Shown here piece after piece: positions 8,067 through 16,977 of a stretch of 55,500 nt of DNA. Every line of letters begins with the position of its first letter. The first letter of the stretch is position 1. The stretch comes from an uncultured Gemmatimonadaceae bacterium (GTDB taxonomy: Bacteria > Gemmatimonadota > Gemmatimonadetes > Longimicrobiales > RSA9): positions 1 to 55,500 of the forward strand of contig CAZSBL010000004.1 in assembly GCA_964605205.1 (NCBI GenBank), given 5' to 3'. The notes below the pieces were generated by a model. That model was not told the origin of the DNA. It searched no databases and was given only the letters and a program-made list of their open reading frames with translations. The translations under genes were made by a program, and so were the position numbers.

Positions 8067-9002
8067 ATGCACGATGAGGTGAGACCAGAGACGGCCGGCG
8101 TCCCCGGCGGGCGCGAGCCCGCGCCGGGCCCCACGCTGAGTGCCACGTGCTGGGGCACGCGGGGCTCGATCCCGAGCCCGGGCCCGGCCACGGCCCGCTT
8201 CGGCGGCAACACCTCGTGCCTCGAGATCCGGACCGATGACGACCGGTGCCACATCTTCGACGCGGGCACCGGGATCCGGGTGCTGGGCAACCGCCTGTCG
8301 CAGGAGGATGGTCCGACCAACGTGAACCTGTTCGTGACCCACTTCCACTGGGACCACATCCAGGGGATCCCGTTCTTCGGCCCCCTCCACGCGCCGGGCA
8401 GCTTCATCCGGATCCACGCCGCCCGGCAGGGCGAGCTGGACATCGAGACGCTGCTCAGGGGGCAGATGGGGCCCGTGTACTTTCCGGTGCCGTACGAGGC
8501 GCTGGCGGCGGACCTCTCGTTCGAGCACCTGTCGGGCAAGCCGTGGCACGACAACGGGACCGAGGTGGCGGCGTACCGACTCCGGCACGCGGCCCACACG
8601 TACGGCTACCGGATCACGGCGGGTGACGCGAGGGTGGCGTACATCCCCGACAACGAGCTGCTGGGATCGAGCTACCCGGTGGACGGGCCCGATTGGTACG
8701 ACGGGCTGCTCGGGTTCCTCGATGGCGTGGACGTCCTTTTCCACGACGCCATGTTCACCGAGGACGAGTACCCCGCTGTGGAAGGCTGGGGGCACAGCAC
8801 GTTCAAGCAGTCGGTCAAGCTCGCCGAAGACGCGGGCGTGAGACGGCTGTACTTCTTTCACCACGCACCCGAGCGCACCGACGCCGAGCTGCTGGGCATC
8901 CTCGACCGGATGCGCGAGGACGTGGAACGGCGCGGGTCCGGCCTCGAGCTGGGCGTCGCGGCGGAGGGCGAAGAACTCCTGGTTCAGGGAGGCGAATCGT
9001 GA
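8067..9002 (+). CDS. Metallo-beta-lactamase-fold hydrolase, putative cyclic-nucleotide phosphodiesterase
   Basis: WGTRGSIP..FGGNTSC, DAGTG, THFHWDHIQG, HDAMF, WGHS and FHHAP. The PDE role is inferred from the neighbouring genes. Confidence 0.85.
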   Translation: MHDEVRPETAGVPGGREPAPGPTLSATCWGTRGSIPSPGPATARFGGNTSCLEIRTDDDRCHIFDAGTGIRVLGNRLSQEDGPTNVNLFVTHFHWDHIQGIPFFGPLHAPGSFIRIHAARQGELDIETLLRGQMGPVYFPVPYEALAADLSFEHLSGKPWHDNGTEVAAYRLRHAAHTYGYRITAGDARVAYIPDNELLGSSYPVDGPDWYDGLLGFLDGVDVLFHDAMFTEDEYPAVEGWGHSTFKQSVKLAEDAGVRRLYFFHHAPERTDAELLGILDRMREDVERRGSGLELGVAAEGEELLVQGGES

Positions 9003-10930
9003 GAATCCGACATTTCCTGGTCCTGGCGGCCGTCACCCTGTTCGTGGCGTTCGGTCCGCCGGAGCGGACCTCGCCGGCGAAGTGGGCGCTGGTTATCGGG
9101 ATCAGCGACTACACCCACTTCGGCGACGAGATCGGCGGCGACCTGCCGGGCGCCGCCAACGACGCCCGGGCCATCGCCGACGTCCTGGTCAACAAGTATG
9201 ACTTCGCGCCGGGCAACGTGAAGCTGGTCCTCGACGGTGCCGCCACCCGGGCCCGGCTCGAGACGGAGATGACCGAATGGCTGCCGTCCATGGCCCGGCC
9301 CGGTGACCTGATCTGGTTCTACTTCGCCGGTCACGGCTCACAGGCGTGGGACCTCGATGGCGACGAGGAGGACGGCCTGGACGAGACCGTATGCCCCGCC
9401 GACGTGACCCGGGGCAACACCGAGATGGACATCCTGGATGACGAGATCGGCCAGTGGCTCGGCCAGCTGCCCACCGACAACGTGGTGGTGGTCTGGGACA
9501 AGTGCCACGCCAAGAGCAGCACCCGGGCGGTGACGCCGTTCGCCCGGCCCCGATCCCTCGACCGGAACGTGAAGGAGGACGTGGCCAAGCCCGAGGGCGC
9601 CACCGAGGGCCAGGTGGTCCAGGCCACCGAGGATGCCGGCGGCACCGGCACCGGCGTGCTCGAGATCGCGTCCGCCCAGGCCGACGAGGTGGCCATGGAC
9701 GTGGCGTTCCAGAAGCAGCCCGGGCAGGCCACCTTCGGCGGCGCGTTCACCACGCCGTTCGTGGAGAACATGTGGAACGCCCGGGACGGCGCCACCTACG
9801 ACGAGGTCTTCAACCAGACCAAGAGCGCCATGCGGCGGGATCGGCGGCAGCAGCAGCCGGCCATCGATGACAAGTCGCTGAAGGACCGGCCGCTGTTCTG
9901 GGTCGAGACGGCGCAGCCCACGGAGGCGCCGCCGGAGGCGGAGGCCTCGCCGGTGGAGCGCGTGTACGGGATGGCCCGGATCCTCGAGCTGCCGTCGGAG
10001 ACGCGGGCGATCCTGGCCGGCGGGTTCAACGCCGACATGACCGTACGGTCGCTCTACCGCGCCGGTGATGACTTCCTCGAGATCACCGATGTGGACCCGG
10101 ACCGGGCCGAGGCCCGGGTCGCCACGCGGGAGACCCGGGGGATCGGCGTGAGCCGCGTGGGCGCGCTGGCCGAGGGTGGCCTCGCCCGGCTGGTGGCGTA
10201 CCGCTACCCGGACGCCATGCTCCGGGTCATGGTCGGCGACCTGCCGGATCAGGTCCAAGCGCGGCTGCGCAGTGAGCTGGTCAGCGTGCCGGCGCTGGTG
10301 CTGATCTCTGATGCCATCGACTTCTCACACCTCCTGGTCCGCCCCCGGAACAACCACTTCGTGGTCCTCAATCTCGACGGCTTCCCCCGGGACTCGGTCC
10401 CGGCCACCGATGGCGCCGCGGGGCTCGCTGAGCTGCTGAAGCGGGAGTTCGGCCAGTACCAACTCACGGAGCTGGAGAACCCGGGCCAGCCGTTCGAGGT
10501 GGAGTTCGCGTTCGGCAACGGTCGCACCGACTTCCAGCTCGGCGAGACCGTCTCGTTCCAGGTCACCTCGGAGCGGGAGGGCTACCTGACCATCGTGGAC
10601 CTGGCGCCGGACGGGACCGTCAGCGTCATCTTCCCGAACGAGTACGTGGCCGAGAACAAGGTCTACGCGGGCCGGATGATGGAGTTCCCGGCGCCGGAGA
10701 TGGACCTCCAGTTCACCGCCATCGAGCCCGCGGGCCGGGGCGTGGTCCGGGCCTTCGTGACCGAGCGGCCGCTGGTCATGCCGTTCGCTCAGGGCGCCGA
10801 CGCCACGGAGGCCAGCCGGATCTGGACGGCGCTGCGCAACGCGGCCGGCCGGGCGCCGATCCAGGGCAGCGACGCCATCCCGGTCCACAACTGGGCCACG
10901 GCGGCCATCGTGTACGAGATCCGGCGCTAA
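8999..10930 (+). CDS. Exported peptidase C14 (metacaspase-like) with C-terminal DUF4384-like domain
   Basis: GTGA overlap with the MBL stop; hydrophobic leader VRIRHFLVLAAVTLFVAFG; KWALVIG, FAGHG (His), DEEDGLDET, WDKCH (Cys); C-terminus LGETVSF..EGYLTIVD..DGTVSVIFPN. Confidence 0.88.
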   Translation: MRIRHFLVLAAVTLFVAFGPPERTSPAKWALVIGISDYTHFGDEIGGDLPGAANDARAIADVLVNKYDFAPGNVKLVLDGAATRARLETEMTEWLPSMARPGDLIWFYFAGHGSQAWDLDGDEEDGLDETVCPADVTRGNTEMDILDDEIGQWLGQLPTDNVVVVWDKCHAKSSTRAVTPFARPRSLDRNVKEDVAKPEGATEGQVVQATEDAGGTGTGVLEIASAQADEVAMDVAFQKQPGQATFGGAFTTPFVENMWNARDGATYDEVFNQTKSAMRRDRRQQQPAIDDKSLKDRPLFWVETAQPTEAPPEAEASPVERVYGMARILELPSETRAILAGGFNADMTVRSLYRAGDDFLEITDVDPDRAEARVATRETRGIGVSRVGALAEGGLARLVAYRYPDAMLRVMVGDLPDQVQARLRSELVSVPALVLISDAIDFSHLLVRPRNNHFVVLNLDGFPRDSVPATDGAAGLAELLKREFGQYQLTELENPGQPFEVEFAFGNGRTDFQLGETVSFQVTSEREGYLTIVDLAPDGTVSVIFPNEYVAENKVYAGRMMEFPAPEMDLQFTAIEPAGRGVVRAFVTERPLVMPFAQGADATEASRIWTALRNAAGRAPIQGSDAIPVHNWATAAIVYEIRR

Positions 10931-10942
10931 GGCGGTAGCGGA

Positions 10943-13129
10943 ATGGAGCGGAAGCGGGCGGTCATCGCCGGCGTCATCGCGCTGCTGTCGGCCGTGGTGG
11001 CGTACGGGTTCACGCACATGCAGTTCTTCCAGCCGATCTTCGGGACCGCGGAGCAGACCACCCTCGACTGGCGGCAGCGGTTCTCCGCCACCGAGATGCC
11101 CCGCGACACCTCGGAGATCCGGCTGATCCTCTTCGATGAGGAGAGCGTGGCGGAGTGGCCGTACATGAGCCCCTTCCCCCGCAACGTCCTGGCCGACCTG
11201 ATCCGTGTGTCGTCGGCGTTCGCCGCCGCCGCCATCGGGCTGGACGTCTACCTCGAGCGCCGTTACCCCGAGCTGAACCCCGTGGGCGGCGGCGACGAGG
11301 CGCTCCGGGCGGCCATCGAGCAGGCCGGCAACGTTATCCTGGCCGCGCCCCTCGACCGGACCGAGGCGGGGGGGTGGGTGGCTCACCCGCCCGACCCGTA
11401 CTTCGCGGAGGTGGCGGCGGGCGTCGGCTACGCGGAGATCCCCACCGCCTTCGACGTGGTCTCCGAGGCCACCCTCTTCACCCGCACGGAGAACCGGGGC
11501 TTCGTCCCCGGCTTCGCCCTGGCCGTATACGCCCGGACCCGGGGGCTCGACCTCGACTCGCTCATGACCAGCATCGAGGAGAAGGGGTACCTCGACCTGC
11601 CGGGCCTGCCGGAGGAGTACGCCCGGGTGAAGCCCGATGAGGCGGTCCACAACATGAAGATCGTGTTCGCCGGCCCGCCCTCACGGCCGCACCTCGAGAC
11701 GGTGGACGCCAGCGGCGCCACCGCGAGCGAGGGCGAGTCCCCCGGCGCGTTCCGGGCGTTCTCGTCGCAGTCCATCTCCGCGTTGAGCGACCTGGTGGCC
11801 ATGGGCGTGGACCTGGGCGAGGCCTTCGACCTGCGGGGCCGGGCGGTCATGATGGGGAGCGGCTTCCACGCCGAGGAGAAGTTCAAGACCCCGTTCTACT
11901 TCGAGCCCGACGAGACGGGCGCCATCAAGGGGTGGATGTTCGGGACCGAGGTCCACGCCAACGCGCTCCACGACCTGCTGACGGCCACCTACCTTGAGCC
12001 GCTGAGCACCGCCCGGACCTTCTTCCTGCTCCTGATCCTGGCCGCCATCACCGCGGCGGTGGCGTTCACCGGTGGCGTGACGTGGGGCGCGGTGACGGCC
12101 GTGGCCCTCTTCCTGGCCGATGGCGTCACCGCCGTGGTGGCTTTCGACACCATGCACCAGCACATCCCCGTGGTGGGCCCGGCGCTGGCCGCCGGCTTCG
12201 CCTTCCTCGGCGCCACCTCCTACATCAGCATCATCGAGGGGAAGGAGAAGCGGGTCATCCGGAGCGCGTTCGGGAAGTACCTCTCCCCGGTGGTGGTGGA
12301 CGAGCTGGTGGCCGACCCGTCGCGCCTCAAGCTGGGCGGTGAGAAGCGGGAGCTCAGCATCCTGTTCAGCGACGTGGCGGGCTTCACCTCCCTCTCCGAG
12401 TCCATGGAGCCCGACGCGCTGGTGGCGCTGCTGAACGAGTACCTCGATGATATGGCGGACATCGTCATGAGCGAGGGCGGCACGCTGGACAAGTACATCG
12501 GTGACGCCATCATGGCGCTCTACGGGGCGCCCGCGCCGCTCCCGGACCACGCCGTCCGCGTCTGCCGCACGGCGCTCCGGATGCAGCGGCGGCTCGACCA
12601 GATGAACCAGCGTTGGGCCGAGCAGGACCGGCCCCAGCTCGGGATGCGGATCGGCGTCAACACCGGGCACCCCGTGGTCGGCAACATCGGCGGCGAGAAG
12701 CGGTTCGACTACACCGCCCTCGGTGACGCCGTGAACCTGGCCGCGCGGCTGGAGCCGGCGTGCAAGACGTACCGGATCCAGACCATGATCGCCCACGGCA
12801 CGAAGGAGGCCGCCGGCGACGCCATCCAGACCCGGGAGCTGGACCTGCTGGCCGTGTACGGCAAGGAGGAGCCGATCCCGGTCTACGAGCTGGTGGCGCT
12901 GGCCGGTGAGGAGCTGGGCGAGATGGGCGAGCTGATCGAGCAGTTCGAGAAGGGGATCGGCGCGTACCGGAACCGGGACTTCGAGATGGCCCGGCAGTAC
13001 TTCCAGGCCGCCCTCGAGATCGACCCGGACGACGGACCGGCCGAGCTGTACGTGCAACGATGCGACGAATACATGATCAACCCGCCGCCGGCCGAATGGG
13101 ACGGTGTGGAGCGGCGGCAGGTGAAATGA
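10943..13129 (+). CDS. CHASE2-domain class III adenylate cyclase with C-terminal TPR
   Basis: N-terminal TM, CHASE2-like region (IGLDV, GNVIL, GTEVHANAL), 3 TM helices, FSDVAGF, DKYIGDAIMA (Lys for ATP selectivity), YTALGDAVNLAARLE, TPR-like tail. Confidence 0.93.
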   Translation: MERKRAVIAGVIALLSAVVAYGFTHMQFFQPIFGTAEQTTLDWRQRFSATEMPRDTSEIRLILFDEESVAEWPYMSPFPRNVLADLIRVSSAFAAAAIGLDVYLERRYPELNPVGGGDEALRAAIEQAGNVILAAPLDRTEAGGWVAHPPDPYFAEVAAGVGYAEIPTAFDVVSEATLFTRTENRGFVPGFALAVYARTRGLDLDSLMTSIEEKGYLDLPGLPEEYARVKPDEAVHNMKIVFAGPPSRPHLETVDASGATASEGESPGAFRAFSSQSISALSDLVAMGVDLGEAFDLRGRAVMMGSGFHAEEKFKTPFYFEPDETGAIKGWMFGTEVHANALHDLLTATYLEPLSTARTFFLLLILAAITAAVAFTGGVTWGAVTAVALFLADGVTAVVAFDTMHQHIPVVGPALAAGFAFLGATSYISIIEGKEKRVIRSAFGKYLSPVVVDELVADPSRLKLGGEKRELSILFSDVAGFTSLSESMEPDALVALLNEYLDDMADIVMSEGGTLDKYIGDAIMALYGAPAPLPDHAVRVCRTALRMQRRLDQMNQRWAEQDRPQLGMRIGVNTGHPVVGNIGGEKRFDYTALGDAVNLAARLEPACKTYRIQTMIAHGTKEAAGDAIQTRELDLLAVYGKEEPIPVYELVALAGEELGEMGELIEQFEKGIGAYRNRDFEMARQYFQAALEIDPDDGPAELYVQRCDEYMINPPPAEWDGVERRQVK

Positions 13130-13146
13130 GAAAGGGGAGGGTCGCA

Positions 13147-14085
13147 ATGCGGTCCATTACACGAGCGGGATTCATGGTCCTGGCGCTCAGCGTGACAGCG
13201 GCGGCGTTGGCGGCCTCGCCGCCGGACCCGGTGGCGCTGTTGGTGAAGTTCAGCGGCGATGTATCCGTCCAGCTGGCGGAGACCGAGGAGAGCGTGGCCG
13301 GCGCCATCGGACTGGCCCTGGCGCCCGGTGACCAGGTGGTGATCGGCGAGGGGGCGGAGGCCATGGTCCTCTACAAGACCGGCCGGATGGTGAAGGCGGC
13401 GTCTACGGTCACCATCGAGGCGGTGGAGGCCGCGGAGGCCAGCAGCCTGTTCACCAACACCATGCGAACCCTCGGCCAGGTGGCCACCACCGACGCCCGG
13501 ACCCAGCCGAACCGCCAGGGGATGATCCGGCCCATCGCCGGCGCGCCCGTGCCCATAGCGCCCCGGAACGCCATCAAGGTCCTCGATGTCAGGCCCACCT
13601 TCACCTGGTTCAGCGTGGAGGGCACCGAGGAGTACATGATCCAGCTCCAGCGCCAGGGCGCAGACTCCCCCGCCCCCGTCCGCTGGCGCGCGGGCAGCGA
13701 CACCACCTGGACGCTCCCCAGCACCGAGCCTCCCCTCGTCCCCGGCGCCACCTACGTCTGGACCGTGGGCAGCCCCGTCGGCCGGGTGGCGGAGCCGAAG
13801 CACTTCACCGTGGCCTCCGCCGAAGACGTGGCTGCCGTGCAGGAGGCCATGCAGGGGCTCATCGGGGCCGGGATCGACCCGTCCACCGACGGACTCTTCC
13901 TCACCGCCCTGGCCTACCGCGATGCTGGCCTCCACTACGAGGCCTACGGCGCCATCCGGGCCATCGAGGAGGCCGGCAACGGCAGCGGACACGCCTTCTT
14001 CATGCTGAAGGGCGAGGTGCTCGACGCCCTCGGCATGGTCGACGACGCCGCCGAGGCCTTCGCCAGGGCCGAGGACGCCGGCTGA
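13147..14085 (+). CDS. Exported protein, FecR-like N-terminus plus DUF928-like C-terminus
   Basis: Signal peptide; GDVSV..LAPGDQVVIGEGAEA (FecR-like); RPTFTW, LVPGATYVWTV and ALAYRDAGLHYEA recall DUF928. Confidence 0.6.
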   Translation: MRSITRAGFMVLALSVTAAALAASPPDPVALLVKFSGDVSVQLAETEESVAGAIGLALAPGDQVVIGEGAEAMVLYKTGRMVKAASTVTIEAVEAAEASSLFTNTMRTLGQVATTDARTQPNRQGMIRPIAGAPVPIAPRNAIKVLDVRPTFTWFSVEGTEEYMIQLQRQGADSPAPVRWRAGSDTTWTLPSTEPPLVPGATYVWTVGSPVGRVAEPKHFTVASAEDVAAVQEAMQGLIGAGIDPSTDGLFLTALAYRDAGLHYEAYGAIRAIEEAGNGSGHAFFMLKGEVLDALGMVDDAAEAFARAEDAG

Positions 14086-14093
14086 CCGGACGC

Positions 14094-16061
14094 ATGCACA
14101 CCGCCGCGGCGGAGCGCGCGGTCCTGCTGCACGGGGCCGCCTTCGACACCACCGGGATCGCCGACGCCCTCGAGGCCGAGGGCGTCGGTGTCCGCACCGC
14201 CGTGGACCTCACCGCCATCGAGTCCGACCTGCCCGCCGTGCTGCTCATCGACCGGCGGCACGTCGAGCAGGCCCAGGACCTCACCGCCACGCTGGACCCC
14301 CTCCCTGCCGGCGTGGCGGTGATGGCCTGGGGCGAGGCCGCCGAGCGGGCCGTGGGTGGCCATGACCGCTTCTTCATGGCCCTCCCGGAGACCGCCGATG
14401 ACCGCACGGTCCTGAAGGCGCTCCAGGCTGCCCTCCGCCACGCCACCGCGGAGCGGGGCCGCGCCCGCATGGAGACCGAACTCGAGAAGAGTCGGGGCGA
14501 GCTCCAGGAGCTGAGCCAGATCGGGATGGCGCTCATGACCGAGCGAGACCCCGACCGGCTCCTGGAGAAGATCCTGGACCGGGCCATGGCCATGACCGGC
14601 TCCGATGGCGGCAGCCTCTACCTGGTGGAAGACGAGCCCGAGGGCGACAACCAGCGGCTCCGGTTCAAGCTCTCGGAGACCCGGTCGCTCCCCGACCTTC
14701 CGGCCATCGAGTTCACGCTGCCCATGGACCAGACCTCCATCGCCGGCTACGTGGCGGTGAACAACCAGGCGCTGGTCATCGAAGACGCGTACAGCATCCC
14801 CGAGTCCGCCCCGTACTCCTTCAACCGCGGCTTCGACCGGGAGTACGGCTATCGGGCCAAGTCCATGCTCGTGGTCCCCATGGCCGACCACAAGGACGAG
14901 GTGGTGGGCGTCCTCCAGCTCATCAACCGGAAGCGCGACCCCGAAGCTCTGATCCGCGACGAGGCGTCGGCGGCCGAGCACGTCCTCTCCTACGGCCGCC
15001 GCGAGCTCGACCTGGTCCGCGGCCTGGCCGGACAGGCCGCCGTCTCCATCGAGAACGCGCGCCTCTACGAGCAGATCGAGGACATCTTCGAGTCCTTCGT
15101 CCGCGCCGCCGTGGCCGCCATCGACCAGCGGGACCCCACCACCGCCGGTCACTCCGTCCGCGTGGCCGCCCTCACCACCCGCATCGCGGAGGTCCTGCCA
15201 CGCCTCTCCACCGGCCGCTGGGCCGGGACCCGCATGAGCCGGGAGCAGATGAAGGAGCTCCGCTACGCCGCTCTCCTCCACGACTTCGGCAAGGTCGGCG
15301 TCCGCGAGGAAGTCCTGGTCAAGGCCCGGAAGCTCCCGCCCTACCTCTGGGAGCGCGTGGACGCCCGCTTCGACATCATCCACCGGACCATCGAGCGCGA
15401 CTACCTGCGCAGGAAGCTCCGGGCGCTGGACCAGGGTGAGCTCGACGGGCTCGAGGCCGACCCCGAGTCCTACGACCGGGAGATGCGCGAGAGGCTCGAG
15501 CGGCTCGACGAGTGGCGCGAGACCGTCCACCGGGCCAACGAGCCCTCCATCCTCCCCGAAGAGGGCGAGGCCCTCCTCAATCTCATCGCTGGCGAGACCT
15601 TCGAGAACGTTGACGGAGAGGAGGAGCCCTACCTCCACGACCAGGAATACAGCTACCTCTCCATCCCCAAGGGCAGTCTGAACGAGCGGGAGCGGAAGGA
15701 GATCGAGAGCCACGTCACCCAGACCTACAACTTCCTGACCCAGATCCCGTGGACCGAGGAGCTGGGCGACGTGGCCTTCATCGCCTGGGGGCACCACGAG
15801 AAGCTCAGTGGCAAGGGCTACCCCCGGGGCGTGACCGGCGACGAGATCCCCGTCCAGACCCGGATGATGACCATCGCCGACATCTTCGACGCCCTCACCG
15901 CCGCCGACCGGCCCTACAAGAAGGCCCTCGGCGCCGACCGCGCCCTCGAGATCCTCCAGATGGAGGCCGCCGACGGCGACCTCGACACCGACCTCGTCAC
16001 CCTCTTCATCGAGTCCGGGGTCTACCGGGAGGTCCTGGAGACCGACTGGCGAGAGCTGTAG
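14094..16061 (+). CDS. GAF and HD-GYP domain phosphodiesterase with degenerate receiver-like N-terminus
   Basis: GAF (SIAGYVA, KSMLVVPM, VVGVLQLIN, LAGQAAVSIEN); GHSVRVA, LLHDFGK, HHEKLSGKGYP, IADIFDAL. Confidence 0.92.
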   Translation: MHTAAAERAVLLHGAAFDTTGIADALEAEGVGVRTAVDLTAIESDLPAVLLIDRRHVEQAQDLTATLDPLPAGVAVMAWGEAAERAVGGHDRFFMALPETADDRTVLKALQAALRHATAERGRARMETELEKSRGELQELSQIGMALMTERDPDRLLEKILDRAMAMTGSDGGSLYLVEDEPEGDNQRLRFKLSETRSLPDLPAIEFTLPMDQTSIAGYVAVNNQALVIEDAYSIPESAPYSFNRGFDREYGYRAKSMLVVPMADHKDEVVGVLQLINRKRDPEALIRDEASAAEHVLSYGRRELDLVRGLAGQAAVSIENARLYEQIEDIFESFVRAAVAAIDQRDPTTAGHSVRVAALTTRIAEVLPRLSTGRWAGTRMSREQMKELRYAALLHDFGKVGVREEVLVKARKLPPYLWERVDARFDIIHRTIERDYLRRKLRALDQGELDGLEADPESYDREMRERLERLDEWRETVHRANEPSILPEEGEALLNLIAGETFENVDGEEEPYLHDQEYSYLSIPKGSLNERERKEIESHVTQTYNFLTQIPWTEELGDVAFIAWGHHEKLSGKGYPRGVTGDEIPVQTRMMTIADIFDALTAADRPYKKALGADRALEILQMEAADGDLDTDLVTLFIESGVYREVLETDWREL

Positions 16062-16140
16062 ACTGGCGGGGCCGCGTTCGCGTGGGGCGGCCCGGATCCC
16101 TCGGGGATCCCCGATGAGGAGATCGCGGGCTGACCGCCGG

Positions 16141-16545
16141 CTACGGCTCCACCACCACGCCCAGCTCCCGGCCGGTGCCGTCCCGCCCCCGGACCCGGAT
16201 CGTGGCGGCGCCCGGCGCGTCGAACCGCAGCTCCGCCGTGTGCTCCGGGTACACCACCGCCTGGTGGCACGCGGTGTTCGGGTCCTCGTCCCGCCGATCG
16301 AAGTCGTACGGGGAGATCACGGCCACCAGGCCGTCCCCCGAGACCTCCGTGTGGTCCTTCCGCCAGCACCCGTTCGGGCCGGTGGTGGTGACCGTGACGG
16401 TGAACGACTGGCCCACCGCCACCGTGTCCGGTGCCGCCACCTCCACCACGTAGCCCAGCACCGGGTCCGGCTCCGTGGATGCAACGTACGGGACGGGGCG
16501 GTTCTGTCGAGAGCGAGGCCGGCGAGCTCGCCGGCCTCGCCTCAT
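16141..16545 (-). CDS. Hypothetical Ig-like secreted/lipoprotein-type protein, apparently lacking its signal peptide (possible 5'-truncated pseudogene)
   Basis: The body (APDTVAVGQSFTVTVTT.GPNGC..TAC) has normal codon usage and a Cys pair. The N-terminus MRRGRRARRPRSRQ runs through a perfect palindrome and is not hydrophobic. Confidence 0.5.
   Translation of the reverse strand: MRRGRRARRPRSRQNRPVPYVASTEPDPVLGYVVEVAAPDTVAVGQSFTVTVTTTGPNGCWRKDHTEVSGDGLVAVISPYDFDRRDEDPNTACHQAVVYPEHTAELRFDAPGAATIRVRGRDGTGRELGVVVEP
16513..16540. repeat. Perfect 28-bp palindrome
   Basis: GCGAGGCCGGCGAG followed directly by CTCGCCGGCCTCGC. Confidence 0.9.
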
Positions 16546-16584
16546 GCGCCTACCCCACCGCGCCAGCATCCAGCCAGGCGGCTG

Positions 16585-16977
16585 TTACTCCGGGTGCCGG
16601 GACCGGACGAGCCATGCTGTCGCCAGGAACAGGCCCAACCACACCGCGGTCCGAAAGGTCATCGCCCAAAGACTGTCTACGGCGACGCCCCCGCCACTCC
16701 GGTAGACGGCGAGGGTGGCTACGAGTACGAGGAGGTTGAGCAGGAAGACGGCTGTTGCCGCGTACCGGCCCGCATGGACGCTGTGCCAGACCGTGACGCC
16801 CGCCGCAACATACGCCCCGCCCATGACGGTGTTGTAGATCAGGAGAGGTCGAAACACCGGGTACCCCGGGTCGGCACCCATGAACACGCGGCTACCGGCG
16901 AAAAGCGTGGCGATACCGAACAGAACCGCAACGGCGGCCGCGAGCACCTGAACGTTCCGGACCGAACGGGCCGCCAT
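16585..16977 (-). CDS. Hypothetical integral membrane protein
   Basis: About four hydrophobic segments; TGATG overlap with the upstream gene. Confidence 0.75.
   Translation of the reverse strand: MAARSVRNVQVLAAAVAVLFGIATLFAGSRVFMGADPGYPVFRPLLIYNTVMGGAYVAAGVTVWHSVHAGRYAATAVFLLNLLVLVATLAVYRSGGGVAVDSLWAMTFRTAVWLGLFLATAWLVRSRHPE

Noticed and set aside
16094-16110. Intrinsic terminators at GC hairpins (16094-16110, 30394-30410)
   Set aside because: Hairpins are present but have no U-tract, and short GC stems are common by chance here.
16483-16587. attC spanning TAAC at the cassette stop to GTT at 16485
   Set aside because: The arms are asymmetric around the central palindrome and there is no L-box pairing.
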